DNA of 64,000 bases from Oscillospiraceae bacterium (GCA_028697255.1 JAQVFM010000001.1:9789-73788); one strand, 5' to 3'; numbered from the stretch's first letter, positions 54,984 through 64,000 are shown. The notes: a model not told the origin generated them from the sequence alone. Program-made: numbers and translations.

Positions 54984-55775
54984 ATGAATCGGGTGCGACT
55001 TCAAAAGCTGATTTCCGAGTGTGGGGTGACATCACGCCGTAAAGCCGAGGAAATGATTGCAAAAGGCAGGGTAAAAGTGAACGGGCACCCGGCCCGGCTC
55101 GGTGACAAGGCTGACCTTAGGACCGATATTATAACAGTGGACGGCAAAAGGATATCAAAACCACAAAATACAAAGTATATTATACTTAACAAACCCCGTG
55201 GGTATGTCACTACGCTAAATGATGAGTTTGGACGCAAATGCATAGTTGAGCTTACAGCGGATGTAGGTGGCCGTGTTTTTCCTGTAGGACGGCTTGACAG
55301 GGACTCCGAGGGCTTGCTGCTGCTTACTAATGACGGTGAATTTGCGAATATGATTATTCACCCCTCAAGCCATATCCCAAAGGTTTATCGAGCAACACTA
55401 AAGCCGGGACCAACTGATGAACAGCTTGTCAGGTTTAGGAAAGGCATGATGCTTAAAGGAGAAAGCCGAAAGACTGCACCTGCCGATATTAACATCATAT
55501 CGGGACAAACGGACAACGGCTTACCGTCCGCCCGCGCCGTTGCCGAGATTGTATTGTATGAGGGACGAAACAGGCAGATACGCAGAATGTTTGAACAAAT
55601 GAACATTAAAGTGGCAAGGCTGCGCCGCATTGCAATCGGAAATGTATCTCTTGGAGGACTTGCACCCGGTAAATGGCGCGAGCTTGATATGTCTGAGGTT
55701 GAGGCACTTAAAAATTTGGCAAACCGTAGCGGCACCGGAACAGCGGACAAGCGTCGCGAACGGCATTACCTGTGA
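54984..55775 (+). CDS. rluB: rRNA pseudouridine synthase (RluB/RsuA family)
   Basis: N-terminal S4 domain and catalytic motif GRLDRDSEGLLLLTNDG. Confidence 0.85.
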   Translation: MNRVRLQKLISECGVTSRRKAEEMIAKGRVKVNGHPARLGDKADLRTDIITVDGKRISKPQNTKYIILNKPRGYVTTLNDEFGRKCIVELTADVGGRVFPVGRLDRDSEGLLLLTNDGEFANMIIHPSSHIPKVYRATLKPGPTDEQLVRFRKGMMLKGESRKTAPADINIISGQTDNGLPSARAVAEIVLYEGRNRQIRRMFEQMNIKVARLRRIAIGNVSLGGLAPGKWRELDMSEVEALKNLANRSGTGTADKRRERHYL

Positions 55776-55964
55776 TTGGTGTAAACCGAAATGCCATACA
55801 TCTCGCCTTGATTGTTAAAAAATTAACAAGAAAAAATTCTCATTTATCCTTGTTAATTTTTTCATTCTGAGTTATAATAATTCTAATTTGCGTTTTCATT
55901 CGGATAGCCGAAATCGGAGGCATTTCGCCACGGCTATTGACCCGTTTGACAGGAGGATACCGGT

Positions 55965-57275
55965 ATGAATATGGATAATCAGCTTAAAAAGCTGAATAAT
56001 GCTGTTTCGGCATTGCAGGGCTCACAGGCCCGATCAAGGCTGTTGCGGCTGTTTGATGAGGGCAGCTTTGTTGAGATTGACAGGTTTGCACGTGATGCAG
56101 ACATGCCATCCCAGGTGGTTGTAGGGTATGGCACTGTAGAAGGCTGCCCGGTTTATGCGTTTTCGCAGGACAAGCAAGTATACCGCGGTGCTATCGGCAA
56201 AGCGCAGGCTGCAAAAATATGTAAAGTATATCAGCTTGCGTCTCAAAATGGGGCGCCGCTCGTTGGTGTGTTTGACAGTGATGGTGCTAAACTTAACGAA
56301 GGCATAGACGCTATGGATGCGATTGCCGAAATCTTGTATGCATCAAATAATTTATCGGGTGTGGTTCCACAGATTGCAGTTGTTGCCGGTGCATGTGTAG
56401 GCTCGTCAGCAATCATTGCAGCAAACTCGGACTTTGTCGTTATGTCAAAGGATGCAGATTATTATCTTAATCCGGGTGACCAAAACGCTGCAGCATCAAT
56501 AGTGGCTGATGACACAGATGAGGCAATTGATATGGCACGCAGGCTAATTTCACTTTTGCCATCCAACAACCTTGATGTGCCTGCAGCCTTTGATGTTGCC
56601 GATGTGCAAGTTAAAGCCTGCAGCAGTATCGACGATGTAATAAATGCTGTTGCCGATGACGGCATGATAATAAATATTGGACAGGGAAAAAATGAGACTG
56701 TGCTTGCAAGCGTTGGCGGAAATGTATGTGGTTTGCTGACTTTAGCAGAGGACAAAATCTCTGCCGACGAGGCATCAAGACTTGCACGGTTTATTCGCCT
56801 TTGTGATGCGTTCTCGCTGCCTGTGATTAGTTTTGTGGATACGTCCGGCTTTGCAAGTCTGCAGGGTGCGGCAAAACTGTCCCACGCCTATGCCGAATCA
56901 ACAACGGTAAAGATTACGACTATTGTTGGCAAAGCATACGGTGCTGCATATATCGCAGCAGCAGGTAAATCAGCTGGTGCAGATGTTGTGCTTGCGTGGC
57001 CCACGGCAGTTATTTTGCCTCTTGCGCCAGAGACTGCAATCCATATATTTGAAAATGATAAATTAGCCGATATGAAAGACCCGGTTGAAGACCGTAAAAA
57101 GCTTGCTGATGAATATGCTCAAGCTAACGGTGACGTTTTTGCTGCCGCATCTAACGGAGTCACTGATATTGTTTCGCCTAACGAGACAAAATCGAAGCTG
57201 ATAGCATTTCTTAAAATGTTAGAAAGCAAGCGGGTTTCGCGAAATCCCAAAAAGCATTCCAACATTGTTCTGTGA
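55965..57275 (+). CDS. Acyl-CoA carboxyltransferase-domain protein (12S/MmdA-like, short)
   Basis: Carboxyl_trans fold signatures are present (...GAIGKAQAAKICKVYQLASQNGAPLVGVFDSDGAKLNEG...). At 436 aa it is shorter than typical 12S/MmdA proteins. Confidence 0.7.
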   Translation: MNMDNQLKKLNNAVSALQGSQARSRLLRLFDEGSFVEIDRFARDADMPSQVVVGYGTVEGCPVYAFSQDKQVYRGAIGKAQAAKICKVYQLASQNGAPLVGVFDSDGAKLNEGIDAMDAIAEILYASNNLSGVVPQIAVVAGACVGSSAIIAANSDFVVMSKDADYYLNPGDQNAAASIVADDTDEAIDMARRLISLLPSNNLDVPAAFDVADVQVKACSSIDDVINAVADDGMIINIGQGKNETVLASVGGNVCGLLTLAEDKISADEASRLARFIRLCDAFSLPVISFVDTSGFASLQGAAKLSHAYAESTTVKITTIVGKAYGAAYIAAAGKSAGADVVLAWPTAVILPLAPETAIHIFENDKLADMKDPVEDRKKLADEYAQANGDVFAAASNGVTDIVSPNETKSKLIAFLKMLESKRVSRNPKKHSNIVL

Positions 57276-57315
57276 GCTAATTGTATTATACCTAATCGAA
57301 AGGATTTGAACCAAG

Positions 57316-57729
57316 ATGAAAAGATTTAATATTACCGTAAACGGACACACATATGACGTTTTGGTTGAAGAAACCGGCAGCACTGAAGGTGTTGCTGCTG
57401 GGCAGGCAGCTCCTGCGGCAGTTCCGGCACCCCCGACAGTTGCGGCGGTCCCGGCAGCTCCGGCACAGGAAGAGGCTCCTGCTGAGTCATTGGCGGTCGA
57501 TGTTGCCGGACAGGACACCGAGCCCTTAAATGCCCCAATGCCCGGCACAATAATCAATGTAATGGTCAAGGCAGGGGATAGGGTTGAAAAGGGACAGGTT
57601 CTGCTTGTGCTTGAGGCAATGAAAATGGAAAACGAAATCATGTCGCCGCGTGATGCAGTGATAGCCGGCGTTCATGTCAACAAAGGAGAAAGCGTTGATT
57701 CGGGAAGGCTGCTAATATCACTTAGATAA
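57316..57729 (+). CDS. Biotin carboxyl carrier protein (1.3S-like) with Ala/Pro linker
   Basis: EAMKMENEI biotinyl-lysine motif at the C-terminus and an Ala/Pro-rich linker. Confidence 0.85.
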   Translation: MKRFNITVNGHTYDVLVEETGSTEGVAAGQAAPAAVPAPPTVAAVPAAPAQEEAPAESLAVDVAGQDTEPLNAPMPGTIINVMVKAGDRVEKGQVLLVLEAMKMENEIMSPRDAVIAGVHVNKGESVDSGRLLISLR

Positions 57730-57758
57730 CAGCTTTTTACTGAAAGGAATGATAGAAT

Positions 57759-59159
57759 TTGGCTAAAGTAGGCATCACCGATACAATCTTGCGGGATTCT
57801 CACCAATCGCTTATTGCAACCCGCATGACAACTGAAGATATGCTTCCGGCTCTTGAATTGTTGGATAATATAGGATATCATTCGCTCGAGTGCTGGGGAG
57901 GTGCAACCTTTGATTCATGCCTGCGCTTTTTAGACGAGGATCCGTGGGAGCGGCTGCGCACTTTGAGGAAATATATGCCCAAAACAAAACTTCAAATGCT
58001 GTTCCGCGGCCAGAATATGCTTGGATATCGCCATTATGCTGACGATATTGTCGAGTATTTTGTCCAAAAATCTGTTGCAAACGGCATTGATATAATACGC
58101 ATTTTTGATGCGCTTAACGATATTCGCAACCTTGAAGCATCAATCAAAGCAGCACGAAAGGAAGCCGGAGCTCATGTACAGGTTGCAATGTCATACACCA
58201 CAAGCCCGGTGCATGATATCGAATATTTTGTAAAGTACTCAAAAGCTCTTGAGCAAACCGGAGCAGATTCAATATGCGTTAAGGATATGGCAGGTCTGCT
58301 GGTTCCGTATAAGACATACGAGCTGGTAAAAGCTCTTAAAGAAAATATAAAAATACCGATTCAAATACATTCGCATTATACCGCCGGTATTGCCGATATG
58401 GTTTTATTAAAGGGTATTGAAGCGGGGGCGGATTATATAGACACAGCTTTATCACCGCTTTCAATGGGCACATCGCATCCCGCAACCGAATCCATGGTGG
58501 CCGCACTTAACGGTACCGAATATGAAACAGGGCTTGATTTAAAGAAACTGAAGGAAGTTTCGCGCCACTTCTCTGCACTTCGTAAAAAATACATGGAAAG
58601 CGGACTTCTTAATCCAAAAATGCTTGAGGTTGATACCAACGCTTTGATTTATCAGGTGCCGGGTGGCATGCTGTCAAATCTTGTAAGCCAGCTAAAGCAG
58701 GCGGGCAAGGAAGACAAGCTTGAAGAAGTGCTTGCTGAGGTACCGGCAGTGAGAAAGGACGCAGGATATCCCCCATTGGTAACGCCGACATCACAGATTG
58801 TCGGCACACAGGCTGTGTTTAACGTAATCAGCGGCGAGCGCTACAAGATGGTTACAAACGAATTCAAGGCCTTAGTTAGAGGTGAATACGGCCGTACTCC
58901 GGTTGAGATTGACCCGGAATTTGCAAAAAGCATAATCGGAGACCAACAGATGATAACCTGCCGCCCCGCCGATTTACTCGAGCCCGAGCTTGATAAAATG
59001 CGTGCAGAAGTAAGCGAATGGTATGAGCAGGAGGAAGATATCCTGACATATGCGCAATTCGGACAGGTTGCCGTTAAATTTTTTGAAAAAAGGCGAAATA
59101 AAAAGTATGGTATTGACAGCAAACATTATGACGATGTTCAAAAGGTGCACCCGATTTAA
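57759..59159 (+). CDS. Pyruvate/oxaloacetate carboxyltransferase (5S / OadA-like, no biotinyl domain)
   Basis: N-terminal TIM-barrel motif (ITDTILRDSHQSL...) and an HSHYTAG metal site. It ends without a biotinyl domain. The start is TTG. Confidence 0.82.
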   Translation: MAKVGITDTILRDSHQSLIATRMTTEDMLPALELLDNIGYHSLECWGGATFDSCLRFLDEDPWERLRTLRKYMPKTKLQMLFRGQNMLGYRHYADDIVEYFVQKSVANGIDIIRIFDALNDIRNLEASIKAARKEAGAHVQVAMSYTTSPVHDIEYFVKYSKALEQTGADSICVKDMAGLLVPYKTYELVKALKENIKIPIQIHSHYTAGIADMVLLKGIEAGADYIDTALSPLSMGTSHPATESMVAALNGTEYETGLDLKKLKEVSRHFSALRKKYMESGLLNPKMLEVDTNALIYQVPGGMLSNLVSQLKQAGKEDKLEEVLAEVPAVRKDAGYPPLVTPTSQIVGTQAVFNVISGERYKMVTNEFKALVRGEYGRTPVEIDPEFAKSIIGDQQMITCRPADLLEPELDKMRAEVSEWYEQEEDILTYAQFGQVAVKFFEKRRNKKYGIDSKHYDDVQKVHPI

Positions 59160-59276
59160 ACATTGTGTCAAAACCATTAAGAGCTTGTAAACGCAAATCA
59201 AAGTAGTAGCAAAATCAAAGGGGAATTGCCCTTAAAGCGTGGCATGAAATGGATGTATGCCTTTTCAAAAAGCTTT

Positions 59277-59486
59277 TAGGGCGATTCCCTACCGTATTTG
59301 TATGGCGGTATGCCATACCGACGGTAATACACGGTGCGATAAGGGCATCGCGCCCTACTTTGATTATCCGCACGTGTTTGTATGGCGGGAAGTCCTCATC
59401 CCGCCATAGGCAAAAAAGCGCAATGAGGCATTGCACCCTGCGATTGCTTGGTGGCATTGAACGCCAACCAGTCGTTTTTGCGACTG
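59277..59486. repeat. Array of GC-hairpin repeat modules
   Basis: The modules are TAGGGCGATTCCCTA; TTTGTATGGCGGTATGCCATAC; GGTGCGATAAGGGCATCGCGCCCTAC; TTTGTATGGCGGGAAGTCCTCATCCCGCCATA; GCGCAATGAGGCATTGCACCCTGCGATTGC; and CAGTCGTTTTTGCGACTG. Confidence 0.7.
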
Positions 59487-59588
59487 TTGAGAACGACTGC
59501 TCCCGGTGTTTTGATGATAAAAATTGCATGGACGGCAATTTGGAAAAATATTATTATAGTAAACCACCCGTTCATTAAAGCAACAAGG

Positions 59589-59618
59589 TTGACAGAAGCA
59601 AGTAAAAGCTGGTAAAAT
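59589..59618 (+). promoter_or_regulatory. Sigma-A type promoter for yicC-remA-gmk-rpoZ
   Basis: TTGACA, 18 nt, TAAAAT with TGG upstream. Confidence 0.5.
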
Positions 59619-59639
59619 ACACGCAAAGGGATGATTTGC

Positions 59640-60518
59640 ATGGTCAGAAGCATGACCGGCTACGGCAGGTTTCAGCAAACTGTTGATGGTATGGATATTA
59701 CGGTCGAATTGAAATCGGTCAATCACCGTTATTATGAATATTCATCGCGCATACCAAGAGCCTATGGTTTTTTAGATGAAAAGCTAAAAACTTACATTCA
59801 AAAGTTTATTTCACGCGGCAAGATTGATGTTTTTGTATGGATCAATACTGTAGATGCACCCGGCAGCGAAGTTACAGTAAACTTTTCGCTTGTCCAAAGC
59901 TATTTAAAAGCGCTTGGCGAAATTTGTGATAGATTTAATCTTAAGGACGATATTTCGGTCATGTCGTTGGCGCGCTTTCCCGATGTGCTGACGGTTCACC
60001 AAACCGCAGGGGACGAGGACGTAATCTGGAATGCGGTGCGCCAGGTTGCCGATGTTTCGATTTCCCGTTTTATCGAAATGCGGGAGCGAGAAGGTGTCGC
60101 TATGCGTGAGGATATATTGCGGCATGCCGATAATATATTAAAAGCTGTTGATGAGGTTGAACTACGCTCGCCTATTACAGTGCGTGAGCATATGGAAAAG
60201 ATTGAAGCGCGCATGCGTGAGCTGCTTGACGGTGCCGATGTCGACGAACAGCGTTTGCTGACCGAGGCGGCAATTTTTGCTGAAAAAGTTTCAGTTTCGG
60301 AAGAAACAGTTCGCCTGCGAAGCCATATTGAACAGTTACAAACGTTTTTAGAATCAGATGAGCCGGTTGGACGCAGGCTTGACTTTCTTGTACAGGAAAT
60401 AAACCGCGAGGCAAATACAATCGGTTCAAAATCACAGGATATTTCTTTGGCGCGTACTGTTGTGGAAATAAAGTCCGAGACGGAAAAAATTCGTGAGCAA
60501 ATTCAGAATATTGAATAA
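59640..60518 (+). CDS. yicC: YicC/YloC family endoribonuclease
   Basis: MVRSMTGYG N-terminus and C-terminal DUF1732 motif (EINREANTIGSK). Confidence 0.85.
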   Translation: MVRSMTGYGRFQQTVDGMDITVELKSVNHRYYEYSSRIPRAYGFLDEKLKTYIQKFISRGKIDVFVWINTVDAPGSEVTVNFSLVQSYLKALGEICDRFNLKDDISVMSLARFPDVLTVHQTAGDEDVIWNAVRQVADVSISRFIEMREREGVAMREDILRHADNILKAVDEVELRSPITVREHMEKIEARMRELLDGADVDEQRLLTEAAIFAEKVSVSEETVRLRSHIEQLQTFLESDEPVGRRLDFLVQEINREANTIGSKSQDISLARTVVEIKSETEKIREQIQNIE

Positions 60519-60559
60519 TACATCTTCCGGCGAGTAGAATTTAGAAAGGCTGGGGAAAA

Positions 60560-60832
60560 ATGAAGCTTATTAACATCGGTTTTGGCAATATGGTTTCGGC
60601 GCATCGGCTTGTGGCGATTGTCAGCCCGGATTCGGCACCGATAAAGCGTATTATACAGGATGCCAAGGACAGAGGCACTCTGATTGACGCAACATATGGC
60701 CGCCGAACAAGGGCGGTATTAATAACCGACAGTGACCATGTTATTCTGTCCGCAATTCAACCCGAAACAGTGGCCAACCGTTTAGGTGGACGCGGTGAGG
60801 TCGAAGAGGGGGAAACAGACGGGGATGAATAA
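60560..60832 (+). CDS. remA: RemA/DUF370 family regulator
   Basis: [30 protein letters not shown]... is close to canonical RemA/YlzA. Confidence 0.88.
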   Translation: MKLINIGFGNMVSAHRLVAIVSPDSAPIKRIIQDAKDRGTLIDATYGRRTRAVLITDSDHVILSAIQPETVANRLGGRGEVEEGETDGDE

Positions 60833-61436
60833 ACGCGGGATGTTGATTATTCTGTCCGGCCCTTCCGGCTCAGGTAAGGGCACCATTGTCCGACGTCTTT
60901 TGCAGCAGCGAAAAGATACAGTGCTTTCGGTTTCTGTGACAACACGCCAACCTCGACCGGGTGAACAGGAAGGCGTTCATTATTACTTTAAAAGCCATGC
61001 CGAATTTAAAGAGCTGATTTCAAAGCACCAGCTTCTTGAATATGCCGAATACAACGGAGATTACTACGGTACTCCGGAGCAGCCTATACGCGAATTGCTT
61101 AATCAAGGCAAAAATGTTATTTTGGAAATCGAGGTTCAGGGCGCTGAAAAAGTTATGGATTTTCGATCAGATCTGGTATCGATTTTCATAACGGTGCCTT
61201 CCCTTAAAGAGCTTGAAAGGCGGCTGCGCGAGCGCAACACCGAATCAGAGCAATCGGTTAACAACCGTTTAGAGATAGCTCAAAGGGAGCTTAGCCGTGC
61301 ATTCAGATATGATTATGTTGTGCTTAACGATGATGTTTCCCTTGCCGCCCAACGTATTAGTACAATTATTGAAGCGGAATCAATGAAATATCCTTATATG
61401 GAAAACTACATTCTGGAGGTAATGAAACGTGCTTAA
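60825..61436 (+). CDS. gmk: Guanylate kinase
   Basis: [10 protein letters not shown]-loop and YYGT motif. The ATG overlaps the remA stop. Confidence 0.92.
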   Translation: MNKRGMLIILSGPSGSGKGTIVRRLLQQRKDTVLSVSVTTRQPRPGEQEGVHYYFKSHAEFKELISKHQLLEYAEYNGDYYGTPEQPIRELLNQGKNVILEIEVQGAEKVMDFRSDLVSIFITVPSLKELERRLRERNTESEQSVNNRLEIAQRELSRAFRYDYVVLNDDVSLAAQRISTIIEAESMKYPYMENYILEVMKRA

Positions 61437-61626
61437 ACCGACCGATATAGATAATATCAAGGGCAATCACAGTAAATATGCTGTTGTGATAGCGGTCGCC
61501 AAGCGTGCCCGCCAAATAGCCATAGAAGCTGATGAAAAAAACGAAGCAATGACAGAAAAGCCGGTAAGTCTGGCAATTGACGATTTTATCAGCGGTCGTT
61601 ACAAAATATTGCCGCCCGAAAAATAA
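61429..61626 (+). CDS. rpoZ: DNA-directed RNA polymerase subunit omega
   Basis: SKYAVVIAVAKRARQI motif, 65 aa. The GTG start overlaps the gmk stop. Confidence 0.82.
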   Translation: MLKPTDIDNIKGNHSKYAVVIAVAKRARQIAIEADEKNEAMTEKPVSLAIDDFISGRYKILPPEK

Positions 61627-61648
61627 AAAGCCGTGGCTTATTTATTTT

Positions 61649-61753
61649 CGATTGCGCAATATAAGCATTTGCGGGCGAACACAGTTCCTACAATATGTTG
61701 AGCCGTTTTTGATAAAACCACAACTTGTAGGGGCAACCTGTGGTCGCCCGTGC
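61649..61753. repeat. Inverted pair of GC-hairpin repeat units (leader-bearing copy 4 plus partner)
   Basis: TCGATTGCGCAATATAAGCATTTGCGGGCGAACACAGTTCCTACAA (61649-61693) is paired with TTGTAGGGGCAACCTGTGGTCGCCCGTGC (61725-61753). The two are near reverse complements of each other. Confidence 0.7.
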
Positions 61754-61774
61754 TAAATCAAAGGAGAGATGAAA

Positions 61775-64000
61775 ATGGTGCTGCCAAAGGTGGCAAAAAT
61801 CGCTGTTGAGCAGGCAGCATTTCATTTCGACAGACTTTACGATTACTATGTTCCTGATTCTATCGGCAAAGTGCAGCGTGGTTGTCGCGTTATTGTGCCT
61901 TTTGGGGGCGGCAACCGGAAACGTCAGGGTATTGTCGTTGAGTATGACACCGCACCTGATGTTGAAAAGCTAAAGCCTGTTTATTCTGTGATTGACAAAA
62001 ATCCGCTTGTTAGCGACGAGTTAATGGACTTGGCTATATGGTTAAAACAACGCACATTTTGCAGTCTGTTCGACGCTGTGCGGGCAATGCTGCCGACAGG
62101 GCTTAATATGCGCGTTAAGCCTGTATATAAAGCGGTAAGCGAATCAGAGATTACAGGCTCGATGACGGTGGAACAAAGGGCAGTTTATTCATGTGTTGCG
62201 GCACATAAAAACGGTATTGACCGCGAACGACTTTTGTCAAAAATGGGTCTTGATACTGACACTGATTTGCCGGAGCGGCTGGTGCGCATGGGTGCATTGG
62301 TTCGCTCCGATGATGCATTTCGGCGCATTGGAGACGCTACGGTACGCATGGTGCGTCCGGCCGTTGACCCCGACACGCTGGCCCAGGCAGTTGAAGGCAA
62401 ACTGTGTACTGCTAAGCAAAAAAGCGTGTTAAAGCTGCTTTTGGATGTCGGTTGTGCATCGGTACGTGAAATAGGGTATTTTTGTTCAGTAACCGACGCT
62501 GTTGTAAGGGCGCTTGAAAAAAAGGGACTGGTAGAATGCTTTGATAGCGAGGTGCTGCGCACGCCTTTTGCCAATAATGTGACAAATCCCAAAATAGTGT
62601 CGGTAGAGCTAAGTGATGAGCAGCAGTGTGCATTCAATAAGCTTTTGGCACTGTATAAAAGCGGATCGCCGACGGCATCGCTGCTTTATGGTGTTACGGG
62701 AAGCGGCAAAACACAGGTGTATATGAATTTGATTGACTGCGTTATTGCCGACGGCCGGCAGGTAATTGTACTTGTGCCTGAAATTTCGTTGACACCGCAG
62801 ATGCTTGAACTTTTTATCAAAAAATATGGTAACAGAGTTGCCGTGCTGCATAGTGGACTTGCAATAGGTGAACGAACAGACGAATGGAAGCGTATCCGGA
62901 GGGGTGATGCACAGATAATTGTCGGAACCCGTTCGGCAGTATTTGCTCCTGCACAAAATATCGGGCTTATAATAATGGACGAGGAGCAGGAGCACACCTA
63001 TAAATCCGAATCGTCACCGAGATACCATGCTCGAGATGTGGCGCGTTTTCGTTGTGCAAGACACAATGCACTTTTGCTGCTTGCGTCAGCCACTCCTTCA
63101 GTTGAGACTTACCATGCCGCTATTACGGGAAGGTATCATTTTCAGATACTGTCCGAGCGCTTTGGCAAAGCACAGCTCCCCAAAGTCGAGGTTGTGGATA
63201 TGCGCGGACAAACCGAAGCAGTGGCAGGCGGCATTGTCAGTGTCCGGCTAAAAGATGAAATTGACATGACATTAAGTCAGGGACAACAGGTGATTTTGCT
63301 ACTCAACCGCCGCGGGTATCACACATTTGTATCTTGTCGTTCGTGCGGTAATGTTATCACATGCCCTTCGTGCAGCATCAGCCTTAACTACCATCGCGCA
63401 AACGGGAGGCTTATGTGCCATTATTGCGGGCATTCACAGCAACCAATAAGCCAGTGCCCTGAATGCGAATCGACAAAAATCCGATATTCCGGGCTCGGTA
63501 CACAGCGCGCACAGTATGAGCTTGAGCAGATTTTTCCCAACGCTTCGATATTGAGAATGGATACCGATGTAACAATGTCGCGGCTTGCATATGAAGAAAA
63601 TTTTAGCAAATTTGCAAACGGTGAATATGACATAATGATAGGCACGCAAATGGTTGCCAAAGGACTTGATTTTCCAAACGTTGGTCTTGTCGGCGTGCTT
63701 TTGGCCGACCAGTCTTTATACGCAGACGATTTCAGAAGCTTTGAAAGCACGTTTGCGCTGCTTACACAGGTTGTGGGACGAGCCGGCCGGCGCGACACCG
63801 CAGGCAAAGCATTAATTCAAACCTTTACTCCCGAGAACCATGTAATCGAGCTTGCAGCGCTTCAAGACTACCATGCCTTTTTTGAAATTGAAATTGCAGC
63901 GCGCAAAATGATGAAATATCCACCGTATTCTGATTTATGCATGTTCGGATTTACGGGTATTGATGAGCAGGAGGTAAAAAGGGCAGCATTCAGGTTTTTG
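61775..64000 (+). CDS. priA: Primosomal protein N' (PriA helicase), 3' end outside window
   Basis: Frame is open from ATG 61775 to the window end. Walker A GVTGSGKTQVY, DEEH box MDEEQEH and a Cys-rich zinc-binding insert (CRSCG...CPSC...CHYCG...CPEC) are present. This ORF is absent from the track because no stop lies in the window. Confidence 0.9.
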   Translation, partial: MVLPKVAKIAVEQAAFHFDRLYDYYVPDSIGKVQRGCRVIVPFGGGNRKRQGIVVEYDTAPDVEKLKPVYSVIDKNPLVSDELMDLAIWLKQRTFCSLFDAVRAMLPTGLNMRVKPVYKAVSESEITGSMTVEQRAVYSCVAAHKNGIDRERLLSKMGLDTDTDLPERLVRMGALVRSDDAFRRIGDATVRMVRPAVDPDTLAQAVEGKLCTAKQKSVLKLLLDVGCASVREIGYFCSVTDAVVRALEKKGLVECFDSEVLRTPFANNVTNPKIVSVELSDEQQCAFNKLLALYKSGSPTASLLYGVTGSGKTQVYMNLIDCVIADGRQVIVLVPEISLTPQMLELFIKKYGNRVAVLHSGLAIGERTDEWKRIRRGDAQIIVGTRSAVFAPAQNIGLIIMDEEQEHTYKSESSPRYHARDVARFRCARHNALLLLASATPSVETYHAAITGRYHFQILSERFGKAQLPKVEVVDMRGQTEAVAGGIVSVRLKDEIDMTLSQGQQVILLLNRRGYHTFVSCRSCGNVITCPSCSISLNYHRANGRLMCHYCGHSQQPISQCPECESTKIRYSGLGTQRAQYELEQIFPNASILRMDTDVTMSRLAYEENFSKFANGEYDIMIGTQMVAKGLDFPNVGLVGVLLADQSLYADDFRSFESTFALLTQVVGRAGRRDTAGKALIQTFTPENHVIELAALQDYHAFFEIEIAARKMMKYPPYSDLCMFGFTGIDEQEVKRAAFRFL

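Noticed and set aside
57390-57480. Apparent tandem repeat GCAGCTCCGGCA/GCGGTCCCGGCA in the biotin carrier gene, with a 140-aa antisense ORF (57219-57641)
   Set aside because: It encodes the Ala/Pro-rich flexible linker typical of biotin and lipoyl carrier proteins. The antisense ORF is a by-product of the GC-rich codon repeats.
59215-59726. ORFs of 85-120 aa on both strands in the gap before yicC; similar ones at 35824-36113 and 29319-29776
   Set aside because: They are assembled from the GC-hairpin repeat modules and share repeat-derived peptides such as VGRDALIAP. They lack RBSs, and their frames change from copy to copy. I treat them as non-coding repeats.

Overview
The window reads as core chromosome from a spore-forming Clostridia-type Firmicute. 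This call rests on gpr, spoIIP, spoVAE, splB, ytfI/ytfJ and dacB, plus Firmicute operon blocks: yceD-rpmF, der-plsY-gpsA, scpA-scpB, and yicC-remA-gmk-rpoZ-priA. About 60 CDS are supported. They cover translation (trmD, rimM, hisS, aspS, rluB), cell wall (ddl, a MurF-like ligase, two DD-carboxypeptidases, an LCP protein), central metabolism (pgi, nifJ/PFOR, fhs, mgsA, pyrE, a three-gene biotin carboxyltransferase cluster), replication (DnaD-like, DnaC-like, priA) and two ABC modules. I saw no rRNA, tRNA, CRISPR array, integrase or prophage. The unusual content is mostly non-coding.

- **GC-rich hairpin repeats.** Many intergenic gaps are filled with repeat units that have G[T/C]AGGG-type heads. 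Some also carry a conserved AT-rich leader (GATTGCG..AATAT..ATTTGC). They occur singly, as inverted pairs and as arrays.
- **AT-rich hairpin-ended miniature element.** It is present in three copies, is nested or modular, and one copy supplies the stop codon of an esterase gene.

Protein-level oddities:

- A zinc-ribbon/TM/double-PASTA 'kinase' in which all catalytic residues are substituted.
- A MurF-like ligase whose N-terminal domain is replaced by about five TM helices.
- A transcarboxylase-like cluster with no membrane subunit.
- A 139-aa P-loop protein next to a CofE (F420-ligase)-like gene, separated from it by paired long hairpins.
- A promoter-plus-terminator unit that may be a small RNA.

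All calls come from reading the sequence and motifs by eye. No database searches were run.
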